In this document: one piece after another, positions 38,145 through 48,363 of the stretch
Layout: each line of letters opens with the position of its first letter
Numbering within the stretch: the stretch's first letter is position 1
Origin: Acidimicrobiia bacterium
Lineage (GTDB): Bacteria > Actinomycetota > Acidimicrobiia > Spongiisociales > ZC4RG35
Assembly: GCA_050741975.1 (NCBI GenBank)
Contig: JBOGET010000017.1
Span: 14,456 to 78,455, forward strand
Direction of reading: 5' to 3'
DNA: 64,000 nucleotides
Notes under the pieces: generated by a model
Databases searched by the model: none
Seen by the model: the letters and a program-made list of their open reading frames with translations, nothing else
Told to the model about the DNA's origin: nothing
Translations under genes and position numbers: made by a program

Positions 38145-39074
38145 TTGTCGCCGTCATCGCCCCGGGGTTGGTCCAGAATCGTGGTTGGAGCCCTCTCCCT
38201 CTCCCTGACCGTGGCGGCCTGTGACGCGGACGATGGGCCGGCCCGAGATGGGCCGATCGTGGTGGCCACCACTTCGATCCTGGGCGACATCGCCTCGAGC
38301 GTCGTCGGAGACGAGGGACGGGTCGAGGTGCTGATCCCGATCGGCGTCGACGCCCATGACTTCGTCCCCTCGGCACGACAGGCGGCCCTGGCGGCCGCCG
38401 CCGACCTGGTCGTGAGCAACGGCCTCGGTCTGGAAGCCGGTCTCGGGGACCTGCTGGCCTCCGCCGCCGGGGACGGGATCCCGACCATCGAACTGGCTCC
38501 CCTGGTCGAACCGCTCCCCTTCACCACTCCCGAGGACGGAGGCAGGGACCGGGAGGACCCCCACTTCTGGATGGACCCGTTCCGGGTCGGAGTCTCGGCG
38601 CTGGAGCTGGGAGAGGCCCTGACGGCGACCCACCCTGGGAGGTGGAGGGAGCGTGCGGCTGCATACGCCTCCGACATGGAGACCACCGACGAGACTGTCG
38701 CGGAGTTGCTCGCCCCCATCCCCGGCGACCGAAGGAAGATGATCACCAACCACCAGGCGTTCGGGTACTTCGCGGCGCGATACGGATTCGAGATCCTCGG
38801 GGTGGTGATCCGGGGAGGCTCCACTCTGGCCAGCCCTTCCTCGGCCCAGCTCGCCGAGCTCGTCCAGGTCATGGAGCAGGAAGACGCCCGCGTGATATTC
38901 GCCGAGACCAGCCAGCCGACCAGGCTCGCCGAGTCTGTGGCCGCCGAGCTCGGCGAAGAGGTCGAGATCGTCGAGTTGTTCACCGAGTCTCTCGGTGGCC
39001 CCGGCTCGGGAGCCGAGACCCTCTCCGAGATGCTCTCGACCAACGCGAGGAGGATCGCGGCGGCCCTGGGCTGA
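38145..39074 (+). CDS. metal ABC transporter substrate-binding lipoprotein (TroA/ZnuA/MntC family)
   Basis: Lipobox LTVAAC. HFWMDP and other cluster-9 SBP motifs are present. No His-rich ZnuA loop was seen. Confidence 0.85.
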   Translation: MSPSSPRGWSRIVVGALSLSLTVAACDADDGPARDGPIVVATTSILGDIASSVVGDEGRVEVLIPIGVDAHDFVPSARQAALAAAADLVVSNGLGLEAGLGDLLASAAGDGIPTIELAPLVEPLPFTTPEDGGRDREDPHFWMDPFRVGVSALELGEALTATHPGRWRERAAAYASDMETTDETVAELLAPIPGDRRKMITNHQAFGYFAARYGFEILGVVIRGGSTLASPSSAQLAELVQVMEQEDARVIFAETSQPTRLAESVAAELGEEVEIVELFTESLGGPGSGAETLSEMLSTNARRIAAALG

Positions 39075-39096
39075 TCGCCTAGCGTCCCGATGACAC

Positions 39097-39945
39097 ATGG
39101 AGTGGTTGACCGAGCCGTTCGAGTTGGCCTTTCAGCAAAGGGCGCTGGTCGGTGGCGTCCTGGCCGCGCTCGGATTGGCCTTGGTCGGCGCCTGGGTGGT
39201 CATCCGGGGGATGACCTTTCTCGGTGACGCCCTGGTCCACGGTGTCATCCCCGGCATTGCCCTGGCCATCATTTTCGACTTCAACGTGATGCTCGGGGCC
39301 GTCCTCGCCGCTGTCGTCATGATCGTCGGCATCAACCTGGTCCATCGCCAGACCAGCTTCTCGGAGGACACCGGGATCGGTCTGCTCTTCGTGGGGATGC
39401 TCGGTCTCGGTGTGATCCTGATCTCGAGAACCGACTCATATGCCGGCAACCTGACCTCGATCCTGTTCGGGGACGTGCTCGGCGTCACGACGGCCGACCT
39501 GGCGATCCTGGCGGCGGTGGCGATCCTGGTGCTGGCGGTGACCGTTCTCTTCTACCGTCACTTCCTGGTGCTGTCGTTCAACGAGCAGAAGGCGCGGCTA
39601 TTCGGTCTCCGACCGGGTCTGGCCCACGTGGTGCTCCTCTCCCTCATCACCATCTCGATCGTCGGCTCGTTCCAGACCGTGGGGACGATGCTCGTATTCG
39701 GGCTTCTGGTGGGGCCGCCGGCCACGGCCGCCCTCCTGGTGAAGCGAGTTCCCTCGATGATGGGCACGGCGGCGGGAATCGGCGTCTTCTCGGTGATTGC
39801 CGGGTTGGTCACCAGCTACTACGCCAACACCTCGGGATCGGCCACCATGGCGGTGATCCCGATCCTGCTCTTTTTCGTGGTGCTGGGCTTCAAGTCGTTG
39901 CGACGCCCCCCCGCCGTGCTGTCCCGGGTCGGGACCGAGGACTGA
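39097..39945 (+). CDS. metal ABC transporter permease (ZnuB/MntB family)
   Basis: 282 aa and polytopic. The FLGDALVHGVIPGIA motif is typical of ABC-3 permeases. Confidence 0.85.
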   Translation: MEWLTEPFELAFQQRALVGGVLAALGLALVGAWVVIRGMTFLGDALVHGVIPGIALAIIFDFNVMLGAVLAAVVMIVGINLVHRQTSFSEDTGIGLLFVGMLGLGVILISRTDSYAGNLTSILFGDVLGVTTADLAILAAVAILVLAVTVLFYRHFLVLSFNEQKARLFGLRPGLAHVVLLSLITISIVGSFQTVGTMLVFGLLVGPPATAALLVKRVPSMMGTAAGIGVFSVIAGLVTSYYANTSGSATMAVIPILLFFVVLGFKSLRRPPAVLSRVGTED

Positions 39946-39951
39946 TCGGGC

Positions 39952-40662
39952 TCACTCCCCCCAGGTGTCGCCCGGCTCCAGAGTCACCACCTCGGCCGAG
40001 GTGTGCTTCGCCAGCTCCTCCGGGGTCCCGACCAGGATCGGGAACGTGGCGTAGTGGACCGGGATGACCGTCGAGACCCTGGCCAGGTCGGCCGCCCTAC
40101 CCGCGTCACGGGGCCCCATCGTGTAGTGGCCGCCGATCGGCAACACCGCGATCTGCGGGCTGAATCGCTCGCCGATCAGCGACATGTCCCCGAACAGGTC
40201 TGTGTCACCCGATTGATAGACGACGGTGCCATCCTCGAACTCCATGACCCAGCCCCAGCACCCGAGGTCACGGGTCACCTGTTCGGCACCCGTCCCCAGA
40301 GTCGCCCCGCCGGTGTGGTCGGCATGGACCATGGTGAGCTTGATCCCGGCCGCCTGCACCGTGCCGCCGTTGTTCATCCCGATCGACTCGATGCCACGGG
40401 CCCCGAGCCAGACGCTCAGCTCATGAGAGCCGACCACCGTGGCGCCGTCGACCTGGGCCAGCTCGACGAGATCGGCGCAGTCGTCGCCGACGTGGTCGAA
40501 ATGACAGTGGGTGGGCGCCACCACATCCACCTTCTCCGGCGTCAGGAACTCCTCGGCGTAGTTGGGGGCGCCGGTCCAGCGGTCGACCCAGACCCACACG
40601 TCCGCCGGAGAGCGATAGAGGACTCCGCCGTGCCCGAGACGGGTGATTCGCAGATTGGCCAT
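39952..40662 (-). CDS. metal-dependent hydrolase, MBL fold (UPF0173-like)
   Basis: LRITRLGHGGV and HCHFDHVGD motifs. 236 aa. Confidence 0.75.
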   Translation of the reverse strand: MANLRITRLGHGGVLYRSPADVWVWVDRWTGAPNYAEEFLTPEKVDVVAPTHCHFDHVGDDCADLVELAQVDGATVVGSHELSVWLGARGIESIGMNNGGTVQAAGIKLTMVHADHTGGATLGTGAEQVTRDLGCWGWVMEFEDGTVVYQSGDTDLFGDMSLIGERFSPQIAVLPIGGHYTMGPRDAGRAADLARVSTVIPVHYATFPILVGTPEELAKHTSAEVVTLEPGDTWGE

Positions 40663-40692
40663 TCAATGTCTCCTTTGCCTCCCAAACGGTAC

Positions 40693-41598
40693 TCATCGGA
40701 GCATGGCCAGGACCTCTCCCAGCTTCTCCACCGAGGAGGCATCGATGGGGTCGACCACCACCTGGAGATGGGTAACCCCGACCTCGCCGAAACGGGCCAA
40801 CGACTCGGCCATCTCCTGTCGCGACCCTCTGATCGGGGGCACGCTCGGGCGCTCGGTGCTCCCACCTATCCGCCCCGAACCCTCTTCGAACTGCACATAC
40901 ACTGCGACGGTGCGTGCGACGGCGCCCCGGTCACGGCCCACGTCCAGACAGGCGGCGTCGACAGCCTCGAGCAGCGGGCCGAGATTCTCCGGACTGTTCT
41001 CGAAACCGGTGAACCAGCTGTTCCACATGTCGACATGGGGCAAGGCGATACGCAGCATCCGGTGCCCGTTGGAGCCGATCATCAGCGGCATGTCGACCCT
41101 GGCACCGGGCAGCAACTCCAGGTCGCGATGAGTGTAGAAGCGGCCGGTGAAGTCGATCGAGCCCTCCCGAATCAGCGTCCGGATGATGGTGAAGGCCTCC
41201 TCGAACCTCGACACGCGGTGGTCGAAGGGAAACCCGAATGCGTCGAACTCGGGCTTGCTCCAACCCGCCCCCAGACCGAGCACGAGACGGCCTCCGCTTA
41301 TCTCGTCCACCGTGGCCGCCTTCTTGGCGATCATCGCCGGGTTGTGGAACGAGGTGGCCGCCACCAGGGGCCCGATCAGCACCCTCTCCGTCGCCTCCCC
41401 CAGGGCGGCCAGCACCGACCACGCCTCCCACGGGCCGCGTACCCCGAACACCGCGTCGCGGAAGAGGAGATGGTCGCCGACCCACACCGAATCGAAACCG
41501 GAGTCCTCGGCGGTGCGGGCGATGTCACGCACCTCGCTCCAACGCACCGCACGCTCTACTTCCGGAAGCTGTATGCCAACCTTCATCTCGGACCTCAT
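40693..41598 (-). CDS. LLM-class F420-dependent oxidoreductase
   Basis: MKVGIQLPEV...FDSVWVGDHL...RLVLGLGAGW pattern. 301 aa. Start is ATG 41598 or 41586. Confidence 0.8.
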   Translation of the reverse strand: MRSEMKVGIQLPEVERAVRWSEVRDIARTAEDSGFDSVWVGDHLLFRDAVFGVRGPWEAWSVLAALGEATERVLIGPLVAATSFHNPAMIAKKAATVDEISGGRLVLGLGAGWSKPEFDAFGFPFDHRVSRFEEAFTIIRTLIREGSIDFTGRFYTHRDLELLPGARVDMPLMIGSNGHRMLRIALPHVDMWNSWFTGFENSPENLGPLLEAVDAACLDVGRDRGAVARTVAVYVQFEEGSGRIGGSTERPSVPPIRGSRQEMAESLARFGEVGVTHLQVVVDPIDASSVEKLGEVLAMLR

Positions 41599-41674
41599 CG
41601 GTGAAATGGTACGGAATCAGCTACCGGGCTCCTCCAGGCTCAACCCGGGCCAGCGAAGGGCGCATCTGAGTCGG

Positions 41675-43312
41675 ATGCGCCGCGAGTCGTTCGACGTCGT
41701 CGTCATCGGGGGCGGGGTGACGGCCTGCGGCGTCGCCCTGGACGCCGTCTCACGCGGGCTGTCGGTGGCATTGGTGGAGCAACGGGACTACGCCTCGGGA
41801 ACCTCGAGCCGGTCGAGCAAGCTGTTCCACGGCGGTCTCCGTTATCTGGAGCAGAGGAACTTCTCCCTGGTCCGTGAGGCCCTGGCCGAGCGGAACCTGA
41901 TGCTGACCCACGTCTGCCCCCATCTCACCACCCCGGTCTCGTTCCTCTATCCGTTGCGGCACCGGTTCTGGGAGCGTCTCTACGTGGGGTCCGGTGTCCT
42001 CCTCTACGACCTGCTCGCCTCGTTCGCCGACAGCCCACTCCCCCGCCATTACCACCTGAGTCGAAGGTCGGCGCTGGAGCTGGCGCCGGCTCTGGGAGAA
42101 GACTCCTTCATCGGAGCGGTCAGGTATTGGGACGTGGTGGTCGACGATGCCCGGCACACCCTGATGCTGGCCCGGACGGCGGCGGCTCACGGCGCCGTGC
42201 TGGCCACCAGCGTCAGGGCCACTGGCCTCATGATCGAGGAAGGCCAGGTCTCGGGCGTCGAGGCCCGGGACCTCGAGAAGGGTGAGGACCTCAGGATCCG
42301 GGGACGCAGGGTCATCAACGCCACCGGGGTCTGGAGCGACGACGTCCAGGCGATGGCCGGCGATCACGGTCTCGATGTGCAAGCCTCGAAGGGGATCCAC
42401 ATCGTGGTCCCCCAGGACCGTATCAGGGCCGGGACCGGTCTGATCCTCCGCACCGAGAAGAGTGTCCTGTTCGTCATCCCATGGGGCCGGCATTGGATAG
42501 TGGGGACCACCGACACCCCATGGCAGCTGCGCCGGGCGCATCCTGCCGCCAGCAGGAGCGACATCGACTATCTGATGGGACGGGTGAACACGGTCCTCGC
42601 TGAGCCCCTCACCGCCGGGGACATCGTGGGGGTCTACGCCGGACTCCGCCCTCTCCTGACCGGGGAGTCCGACGACACCAGCAAGCTGAGCCGTGAGCAC
42701 GCCGTCATCCGGTCGGCAACGGGGCTCATCAGCGTTGCCGGCGGCAAGTACACGACATACCGCCTGATGGCCCGGGATGCCGTGGACGCCGCGGTAGCGG
42801 ACCAAGGAAGGGCGATTCCCGGCTCGCGGACCGAGGAGATCCGACTCCTGGGGGCGGACGGGTACGCCCGGTTGATTGAAGACCCTTCGCGAGTGGCCCT
42901 GCCCGACGCCGAACGGCACCTCGGACGCTACGGCTCGGAGGTGGAGCGACTGGTCGAGCTAGTCGCGGCCGACCCCTCCCTGGGCGAGCCCCTGGTGCCC
43001 GATGCTCCCTATCTCCGGGCGGAGATAGCCTTTGCCGCCCTGGCGGAGGGTGCGCTGCATCTCGACGATGTCCTCACCCGGCGCACCCGGATCTCAATCG
43101 AGACCCGGGACCGAGGCGTACAGGCGGCAAAGGCGGCCGCGCTGATCGTGGCCCCGATCCTGGGATGGGACGCGGCCACCGCTGCCGCCGAGGTCGATCA
43201 CTATCGAGCCCGGGTCGAGGCCGAGCTCGACTCGCAGAGCCAGCCCGACGACAGCACCGCCGACGCCGCCCGCATGGGGGCCCCGGACGTGAGGACCGGC
43301 AGGAGCGAGTGA
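41675..43312 (+). CDS. glpD: FAD-dependent glycerol-3-phosphate dehydrogenase
   Basis: DVVVIGGGVTACGVALDAVSRGL...SGTSSRSSKLFHGGLRYLEQ. Start trimmed to ATG 41675, because the 5' part of ORF 41147..43312 is antisense to the LLM gene. Confidence 0.85.
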   Translation: MRRESFDVVVIGGGVTACGVALDAVSRGLSVALVEQRDYASGTSSRSSKLFHGGLRYLEQRNFSLVREALAERNLMLTHVCPHLTTPVSFLYPLRHRFWERLYVGSGVLLYDLLASFADSPLPRHYHLSRRSALELAPALGEDSFIGAVRYWDVVVDDARHTLMLARTAAAHGAVLATSVRATGLMIEEGQVSGVEARDLEKGEDLRIRGRRVINATGVWSDDVQAMAGDHGLDVQASKGIHIVVPQDRIRAGTGLILRTEKSVLFVIPWGRHWIVGTTDTPWQLRRAHPAASRSDIDYLMGRVNTVLAEPLTAGDIVGVYAGLRPLLTGESDDTSKLSREHAVIRSATGLISVAGGKYTTYRLMARDAVDAAVADQGRAIPGSRTEEIRLLGADGYARLIEDPSRVALPDAERHLGRYGSEVERLVELVAADPSLGEPLVPDAPYLRAEIAFAALAEGALHLDDVLTRRTRISIETRDRGVQAAKAAALIVAPILGWDAATAAAEVDHYRARVEAELDSQSQPDDSTADAARMGAPDVRTGRSE

Positions 43313-43318
43313 CTCCCT

Positions 43319-43373
43319 CCGTAATTGCGAAGCACAGGGGTCTACTGCGGACCTGACGGTCCCAATTACGGGG
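43319..43373 (+). repeat. Intergenic repeat family, copy B (complete)
   Basis: CCGTAATTGCGAAGCACAGGGGTCTACTGCGGACCTGACGGTCCCAATTACGGGG. The terminal arms CCGTAATTG / CAATTACGG are inverted repeats. It lies between the convergent glpD stop and the glycosidase-like gene stop. Confidence 0.7.
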
Positions 43374-44649
43374 AGGCGAGCTCGGCGTCGGTGGGGATCG
43401 CCTCCCGGTCGAAGTTGCTCACCGCATTCCAAAGGATCCAACCCACCCCGTGGTCCTCGGCTGCCTGGATCGATCTCCGGATCTCCTCGTTGGTCCACCA
43501 GAACGCCTGGAGCCAGGGACGGAGGACGACTCCAGGTTCGATGCGGGCCGCGGCGTCTTCGATGGCGGCAGAGGTCACGTCGTAAGGATGCTCATTGGGA
43601 TCGTCGAATCCGAGCCAGCCGTTGGAGTAGTGGCTGGGGTAGATCATCGGGCTGAAGGCATCGAGATTGTGGGACAGCTCCTCGGGTCTCTGCCCGATCC
43701 CCTGGTCGTTCTCGGCCGACACGACGATGCCGAACACGTCGGCACTCACCGCACAACCCACTGCATGGAGCCGTGTCCGCGCCTCACGGAGGAATCCTTC
43801 GATGGCGGCGATCCGCTCTGCCTGGGTCATGTCGAGCTGCCCGCTGAGCTCCACCGTCGAACCGGAGGGGAAACGGACGTAGTCGAACTGGATCTCGTCG
43901 AACCCGAGCCCGCACGCCTCCTCGGCCAGAGCCAACGGGTATTCCCAGGCCGAGGCGATGGTCGGGTTGATCCAGGCGTCGTCGTAGGCCTCCTCGGGAT
44001 GAGCCTTGGCCCGATACGAGTCCTCAAAGGTGACGATCCGGGTTATGGCGTACAGCCCGTGCTCCTTGGCCTGCGCCACCCGCTGCGCCGGGTCGTAGGC
44101 CAGCAGAACCGCCCCTGAGTCATGGGCATCCATGACCTTCGTGTCGTAGAAGACCCGCCCTCCCTCCTGCTTGGTGTCGAAGACAAGCGTGTTGATAGCG
44201 GTCTCGTCGGCCAGGGTGAGGAGGGCGGAGAACTTGGCATCGTCGCCTGCCGCCTCGGCACTGACCCTCAGACCGTGGATACGGAGCGGCTCCATTCCCA
44301 CCTCGATGAATGCCGAGGAGCCGTCCCAGGCCATCTCGGTCCCCACCCAGCCCGGTTTCTCGGCTCTGAGCGGTCCGGGAGATGCCAAGATGTCGAACCA
44401 GCCGTCGGCCGCCGAGATGGCCGTCCTCTCCCCGACCGTCACCGTGGCCCCGGGCACCGGGTCGTCCCCGGCGTCCACCACCTCCCCGAGCAGCTGGGCC
44501 AGGGGAAGGGTGGTGGTGACGGAGGCCTCATCCACTTCTCGACCGACCCCACCTTGCTCGCTTCCGGTCGCGGTGCGTTGGCCACCCTCGACGCCGAGCG
44601 TGCACCCGCCCAGCAGTAGGAGGGCGAGCAGCAGGGCGGCCGGGCTCAA
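43366..44649 (-). CDS. putative glycoside hydrolase lipoprotein (DUF4015/GHL-type TIM barrel)
   Basis: Lipobox LLLGGC. NTLVFDTKQEGG...ITRIVTFED...GFDEIQFDYVRFP matches the DUF4015 pattern as I recall it. Confidence 0.65.
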   Translation of the reverse strand: MSPAALLLALLLLGGCTLGVEGGQRTATGSEQGGVGREVDEASVTTTLPLAQLLGEVVDAGDDPVPGATVTVGERTAISAADGWFDILASPGPLRAEKPGWVGTEMAWDGSSAFIEVGMEPLRIHGLRVSAEAAGDDAKFSALLTLADETAINTLVFDTKQEGGRVFYDTKVMDAHDSGAVLLAYDPAQRVAQAKEHGLYAITRIVTFEDSYRAKAHPEEAYDDAWINPTIASAWEYPLALAEEACGLGFDEIQFDYVRFPSGSTVELSGQLDMTQAERIAAIEGFLREARTRLHAVGCAVSADVFGIVVSAENDQGIGQRPEELSHNLDAFSPMIYPSHYSNGWLGFDDPNEHPYDVTSAAIEDAAARIEPGVVLRPWLQAFWWTNEEIRRSIQAAEDHGVGWILWNAVSNFDREAIPTDAELASP

Positions 44650-44667
44650 AGGTGACAGGAAGCCAGG

Positions 44668-45123
44668 TCAGGCTCCGAGCCGGAGCACCATGGCGGTGAT
44701 CGTGAACAGCAGGAGCAGCGTGTCGAGCGTGCCGAAGGCGGCGATGCGTCCGGATGCAGTCCTGATCGCCCCCTTGTCCCCCGACTCCACGGCCTGGGCG
44801 GCCCGTTCCGACCCCGGCCCGAAGACGAGGCTCCCGAGCAGGGCCCCGATGATGATCATCCCGAAACCGATGTTGACGAAGAGATTGCCGAAGCTGTACG
44901 CCTCGCTGTCGAGGACCATCCAGATCCCGGTGGCGAGGATCAGGACGGCAGCCGGAATGTAGACCCGGGTCGGCAGCCGTGCCGCCACCCGGTACCAACC
45001 GGCTGCGGCCTGGGGGCTCTGCTTGGCGGTCATCGACGGCGCCACTGCCTGGACGATGTTGGCCCCGAGCCAGGTCCCGGCCCCTGCGATGTGCAGCACG
45101 AGCAGTATTTCTTTCAGCTCCAT
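44668..45123 (-). CDS. hypothetical integral membrane protein (4 TM)
   Basis: 151 aa and hydrophobic. No family recognised. Confidence 0.5.
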   Translation of the reverse strand: MELKEILLVLHIAGAGTWLGANIVQAVAPSMTAKQSPQAAAGWYRVAARLPTRVYIPAAVLILATGIWMVLDSEAYSFGNLFVNIGFGMIIIGALLGSLVFGPGSERAAQAVESGDKGAIRTASGRIAAFGTLDTLLLLFTITAMVLRLGA

Positions 45124-45198
45124 GAGGACCTCCTATCGCTCTGGGGAAAAAGCTACCTGTCCGACACTCTTGTTCGTGGGCTTACCATCGCCCGTCAC

Positions 45199-45573
45199 GT
45201 GGCGAGCAAACCAGAAGGAATCGGATGTCGTGACGCCGCCCTGTCCACCGTCTTCCTCCTCGGGTTCGGGATCGTCTTCTTCGCCATCGGTCTCACCCTG
45301 GTCAACCGCGACCCGTGCACCGGAGCCTGCGAGACGGTGGGCTTGACCCTGCTCTATGCCGGCGGCCCGATCTCGGCACTGATCGGTATCTTCAGCGACT
45401 CGGTGATCGTTGCATTTCCCCTCGATATCACCTTGTGGGTGGTCCTGGGGTTCGGAGTGGCCCGTTTCGCCTCCAACCGGGATGTCGGGCCCTGGGGACC
45501 GGGGGTGGGACTGGTCCTCTTCTTCCTGGCCTATGGACTAGTCCTTTCGCACTTGGTCGAATTGGCAGTGTGA
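45199..45573 (+). CDS. hypothetical integral membrane protein
   Basis: Hydrophobic part of ORF 45091..45573. Start guessed at GTG 45199. Confidence 0.35.
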   Translation: MASKPEGIGCRDAALSTVFLLGFGIVFFAIGLTLVNRDPCTGACETVGLTLLYAGGPISALIGIFSDSVIVAFPLDITLWVVLGFGVARFASNRDVGPWGPGVGLVLFFLAYGLVLSHLVELAV

Positions 45574-45581
45574 ATTGCCGG

Positions 45582-45953
45582 ATGGGAGCCTTACCGTGCG
45601 CTTCGATGCTCCGCATGCCCCGGGCCCGCAACCTCTCCCTTGCCGCTGCCGCTCTGCTGCTGGCCGCCGCATCTCTCGGCGCCACGGCGGTATTCCAGGC
45701 GGACCGGCCGGGAGCCGACCTGACGCCACTCGATGGTGCCGATGAGATGGTCCAGATCCTCCAGGGCAACGGGGCGGTTCTCTGGACCTCCTTGTCCGGG
45801 GCGGTCAGCTCGTACCGGGTGGAGGGATGGGCCACGACCATCGACGGGAACGAGCTAGGTGGGGCCCTGGTCATCGAACGGCCGGCCGACGGCTCGGCCG
45901 GCGTGATCGAGTTCGGGGAGAAGCCGAAGTCGGTCGGCTTCGAGGTCGACTAG
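45582..45953 (+). CDS. hypothetical secreted protein
   Basis: In-frame part of ORF 45315..45953 with a signal-like RNLSLAAAALLLAAASLGA. Its TAG stop lies inside the CTAG that flanks the IS481 element. Confidence 0.4.
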   Translation: MGALPCASMLRMPRARNLSLAAAALLLAAASLGATAVFQADRPGADLTPLDGADEMVQILQGNGAVLWTSLSGAVSSYRVEGWATTIDGNELGGALVIERPADGSAGVIEFGEKPKSVGFEVD

Positions 45954-46850
45954 TTGTGATGTCCACGAACGTTGGTAGCACTGGGTTGAGGTGAGCCTCC
46001 CTGGTTGTGTGGTGATTGCACGCACCCACGACCGAAGGAGGCTCTCGTGCACCGTAACGCTCGTCTGACGCCGAAAGGCCGCCGGATTCTCTGTGAGAGG
46101 ATCGCTTCTGGCCGTCCTGCTGCTCATGTCGCCGCCGAGATGGGGGTGTCTCGGACCACGGCTTGTCGTTGGTGGCGTCGATTTCAGGTGGAGGGGGAAG
46201 CTGGCCGGTACGACCGGCCGTCACGGCCGCATCATTGTCCGCCTCAGACCCCGGCTGAACTCGAAGAGCGGATCATCGAGCTCCGTCGGCAACGCAATCT
46301 GGGTCCGGCACGTATAGGACTGATCTTTGGGATGCCGGCGTCGACGGTTTGGCGGGTCCTCGCCCGCCACGGGTTGAGCCGGTTGTCGTGGATGGACCGG
46401 CCCACCGGGCGTGTTATCCGCCGATACGAGAGTCCGCTCCTGGCGAACTGATCCATATCGACATCAAGAAGCTCGGGCGTATCCCCGACGGAGGAGGATG
46501 GCGAGCTGTCGGCAAGTCTCAGGGCGGCAGAAACAGAAGCAAGTATGTGAAGCGACAGGGAGCGGGGAGACAGGTGTCGTCCCTTGGCTACGGATATGTC
46601 CATGCCGCGGTCGACGATCACAGCCGGCTGGCTTATGTCGAAGTCCTCAACGACGAGAAAGCGGTCACTGCCACCTGATTCACCCAGCGAGCCGTCGCCT
46701 GGTTCGCCGACCATAGGATCAACGTTGAAGCGGTCATGACCGACAACGGCTCCTGCTACCGCAGCTACCTGTTCAGGGACACCCTCGAAGCCAGCAAGCA
46801 TCACCCACGTCCGGATCCCACCCCGACGCCCCCAGCTCAACGGCAAGGTC

Positions 46851-48185
46851 TGTGATGATCGCGCCGACGCAGCATCGGGTTGGTCTGACTCAGGTCAAAG
46901 TGTGACCGTGGTGTCCTTCGTTCGATCTGTCGACCAGCCCAGGTGCTGCGTTATGACGCGTACCGGCCGGACGGTCTGACCTGATAGGAGCTTGGCGAGA
47001 AGCCCCGTCACAGACTTGTCGATCCGCTCGACCGGTCGCTCACCGTCAGAACAGACCTAACGGGAGCAGATCAATCATGACAAGACCAGCGACGAATGTC
47101 ATTGGCGGAGTGGACACTCACAAGCACGTCCATCATGCGGCAGTGGTGGCCGCGACCGGAGAGCTGTTGGCCACAGCTGAGTTCAGTGCGGACCACCGAG
47201 GATACGACGAGCTTTTGGCCTGGATGAAATCTCACGGCTCGATAGACGCTATTGGGGTTGAAGGCACTGGCTTCTATGGAGCGGCTCTCACCCAGGCTCT
47301 CCTCGATGCCGATCAGCGTGTGATCGAGGTCAACCGTCCAAACCCGTCGGCTCGTCGGGCTGATGGGAAGTCTGACCGTCTTGACGCCGAACAAGCAGCT
47401 CGAGCCGTCTTAGGGAAGACGGCCACTGCAGTTCCCAAGACCAAGACCGGCCGTGTCGAAGCCATTCGCATTCTTAGAGTCACCCGTTCCAGCGCGGTTA
47501 AGGCCCGCAGTCAGGCGTTCAACGCGCTCCACGGGATAGTCGTTGGAGCACCATCCCCGCTCCGAGACGAGCTCATCCAGGTGACCAAACGGACTCTCGT
47601 CAACCGCTGCCTGCGTCTACGACCCGAAACCGACCAACTCGTCGGACTCACCGGCGACCCAGACCGACTGCTGCTCGCAGCCGCCAAGACCGCACTCCGT
47701 GACCTGGCGAGACGATGGAAAGCCTTAGATCAAGAGGTCAAAGAACTCAGCCGTCAGATCAAAGACCTGGTCGAACTGGCCGCCCCCGAACTAGTCGAAC
47801 TGTTCGGTGTGGGCACCGAACTCGCCGGCCAGTTCCTCGTCACCGCCGGTGACAACCCCGAACGGATCCACAGCGAAGCAGCATTCGCCAAGCTCTGCGG
47901 AGTCGCCCCCCAACCCGCCAGCAGCGGCAGAACCACCGGCCGACATCGTCTCAGCCGCAGCGGAGACCGAGCCGCAAACAGTGCCCTCTACACGGTCACC
48001 ATCGTCCGAATGCGGCACCACCCTCCCACGATCGAATACGTGGAACGACGCACAGCCGAAGGTCTGACCAAACGAGAGATCATCCGCTGCCTCAAGAGAT
48101 ACATCGCCCGCGAGATCTTCAAAGCGTTACCCCGAGCCGACAGAGCACAACCCCTCCCCGAGGCCGCTTGACAAACATAGGAGCA
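46851..48185 (+). mobile_element. IS110-family insertion sequence nested in the IS481 transposase gene
   Basis: A 1335-bp insert is flanked by TC on both sides (46849-50 and 48186-87). Removing 1337 bp restores the IS481 reading frame (NGKV|ERFNR). It has a 226-nt 5' non-coding end, no obvious terminal inverted repeats, and an intact DEDD-type transposase. Confidence 0.75.
47077..48171 (+). CDS. IS110-family transposase
   Basis: 364 aa with the VIGGVDTHKHVHHAAV N-terminal motif and C-terminal transposase_20-like region (FLVTAGDNPERIHSEAAFAKLCGVAP). Confidence 0.9.
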   Translation: MTRPATNVIGGVDTHKHVHHAAVVAATGELLATAEFSADHRGYDELLAWMKSHGSIDAIGVEGTGFYGAALTQALLDADQRVIEVNRPNPSARRADGKSDRLDAEQAARAVLGKTATAVPKTKTGRVEAIRILRVTRSSAVKARSQAFNALHGIVVGAPSPLRDELIQVTKRTLVNRCLRLRPETDQLVGLTGDPDRLLLAAAKTALRDLARRWKALDQEVKELSRQIKDLVELAAPELVELFGVGTELAGQFLVTAGDNPERIHSEAAFAKLCGVAPQPASSGRTTGRHRLSRSGDRAANSALYTVTIVRMRHHPPTIEYVERRTAEGLTKREIIRCLKRYIAREIFKALPRADRAQPLPEAA

Positions 48186-48363
48186 TCGAACGGTTCAACC
48201 GGACCCTGCTCGACGAATGGGCGTACGTGCAGGTCTACAACTCAGAACAAGAACGCATCGACACTCTTGCCGACTGGATCCACACCTACAACCATCACCA
48301 CAACCACACAGCCATCGGCGGACCACCCATCAGCCGTGCAACCAACCTGGCTGGACATCACAT

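Larger units (their letters stand above)
45954..48363 (+). mobile_element. IS481-family insertion sequence (decayed, about 1073 bp without the nested IS110 element)
   Basis: Terminal inverted repeats TGTGATGTCCA (45955..45965) and TGGACATCACA (48352..48362). CTAG sits on both flanks (45950..45953 and 48364..48367). It encodes an IS481-type transposase. Confidence 0.8.

Noticed and set aside
43325-43585. Possibility that the three repeat copies encode a conserved peptide (TGVxxGPxxPN[HY]G), via ORF 43325..43585, the N-terminal extension of rimO and a frame upstream of lhr
   Set aside because: Differences between copies are mostly non-synonymous and clustered. Copy B overlaps the 3' end of a real gene on the other strand. 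The rimO extension is not expected from RimO N-termini. A nucleic-acid-level element is more parsimonious.
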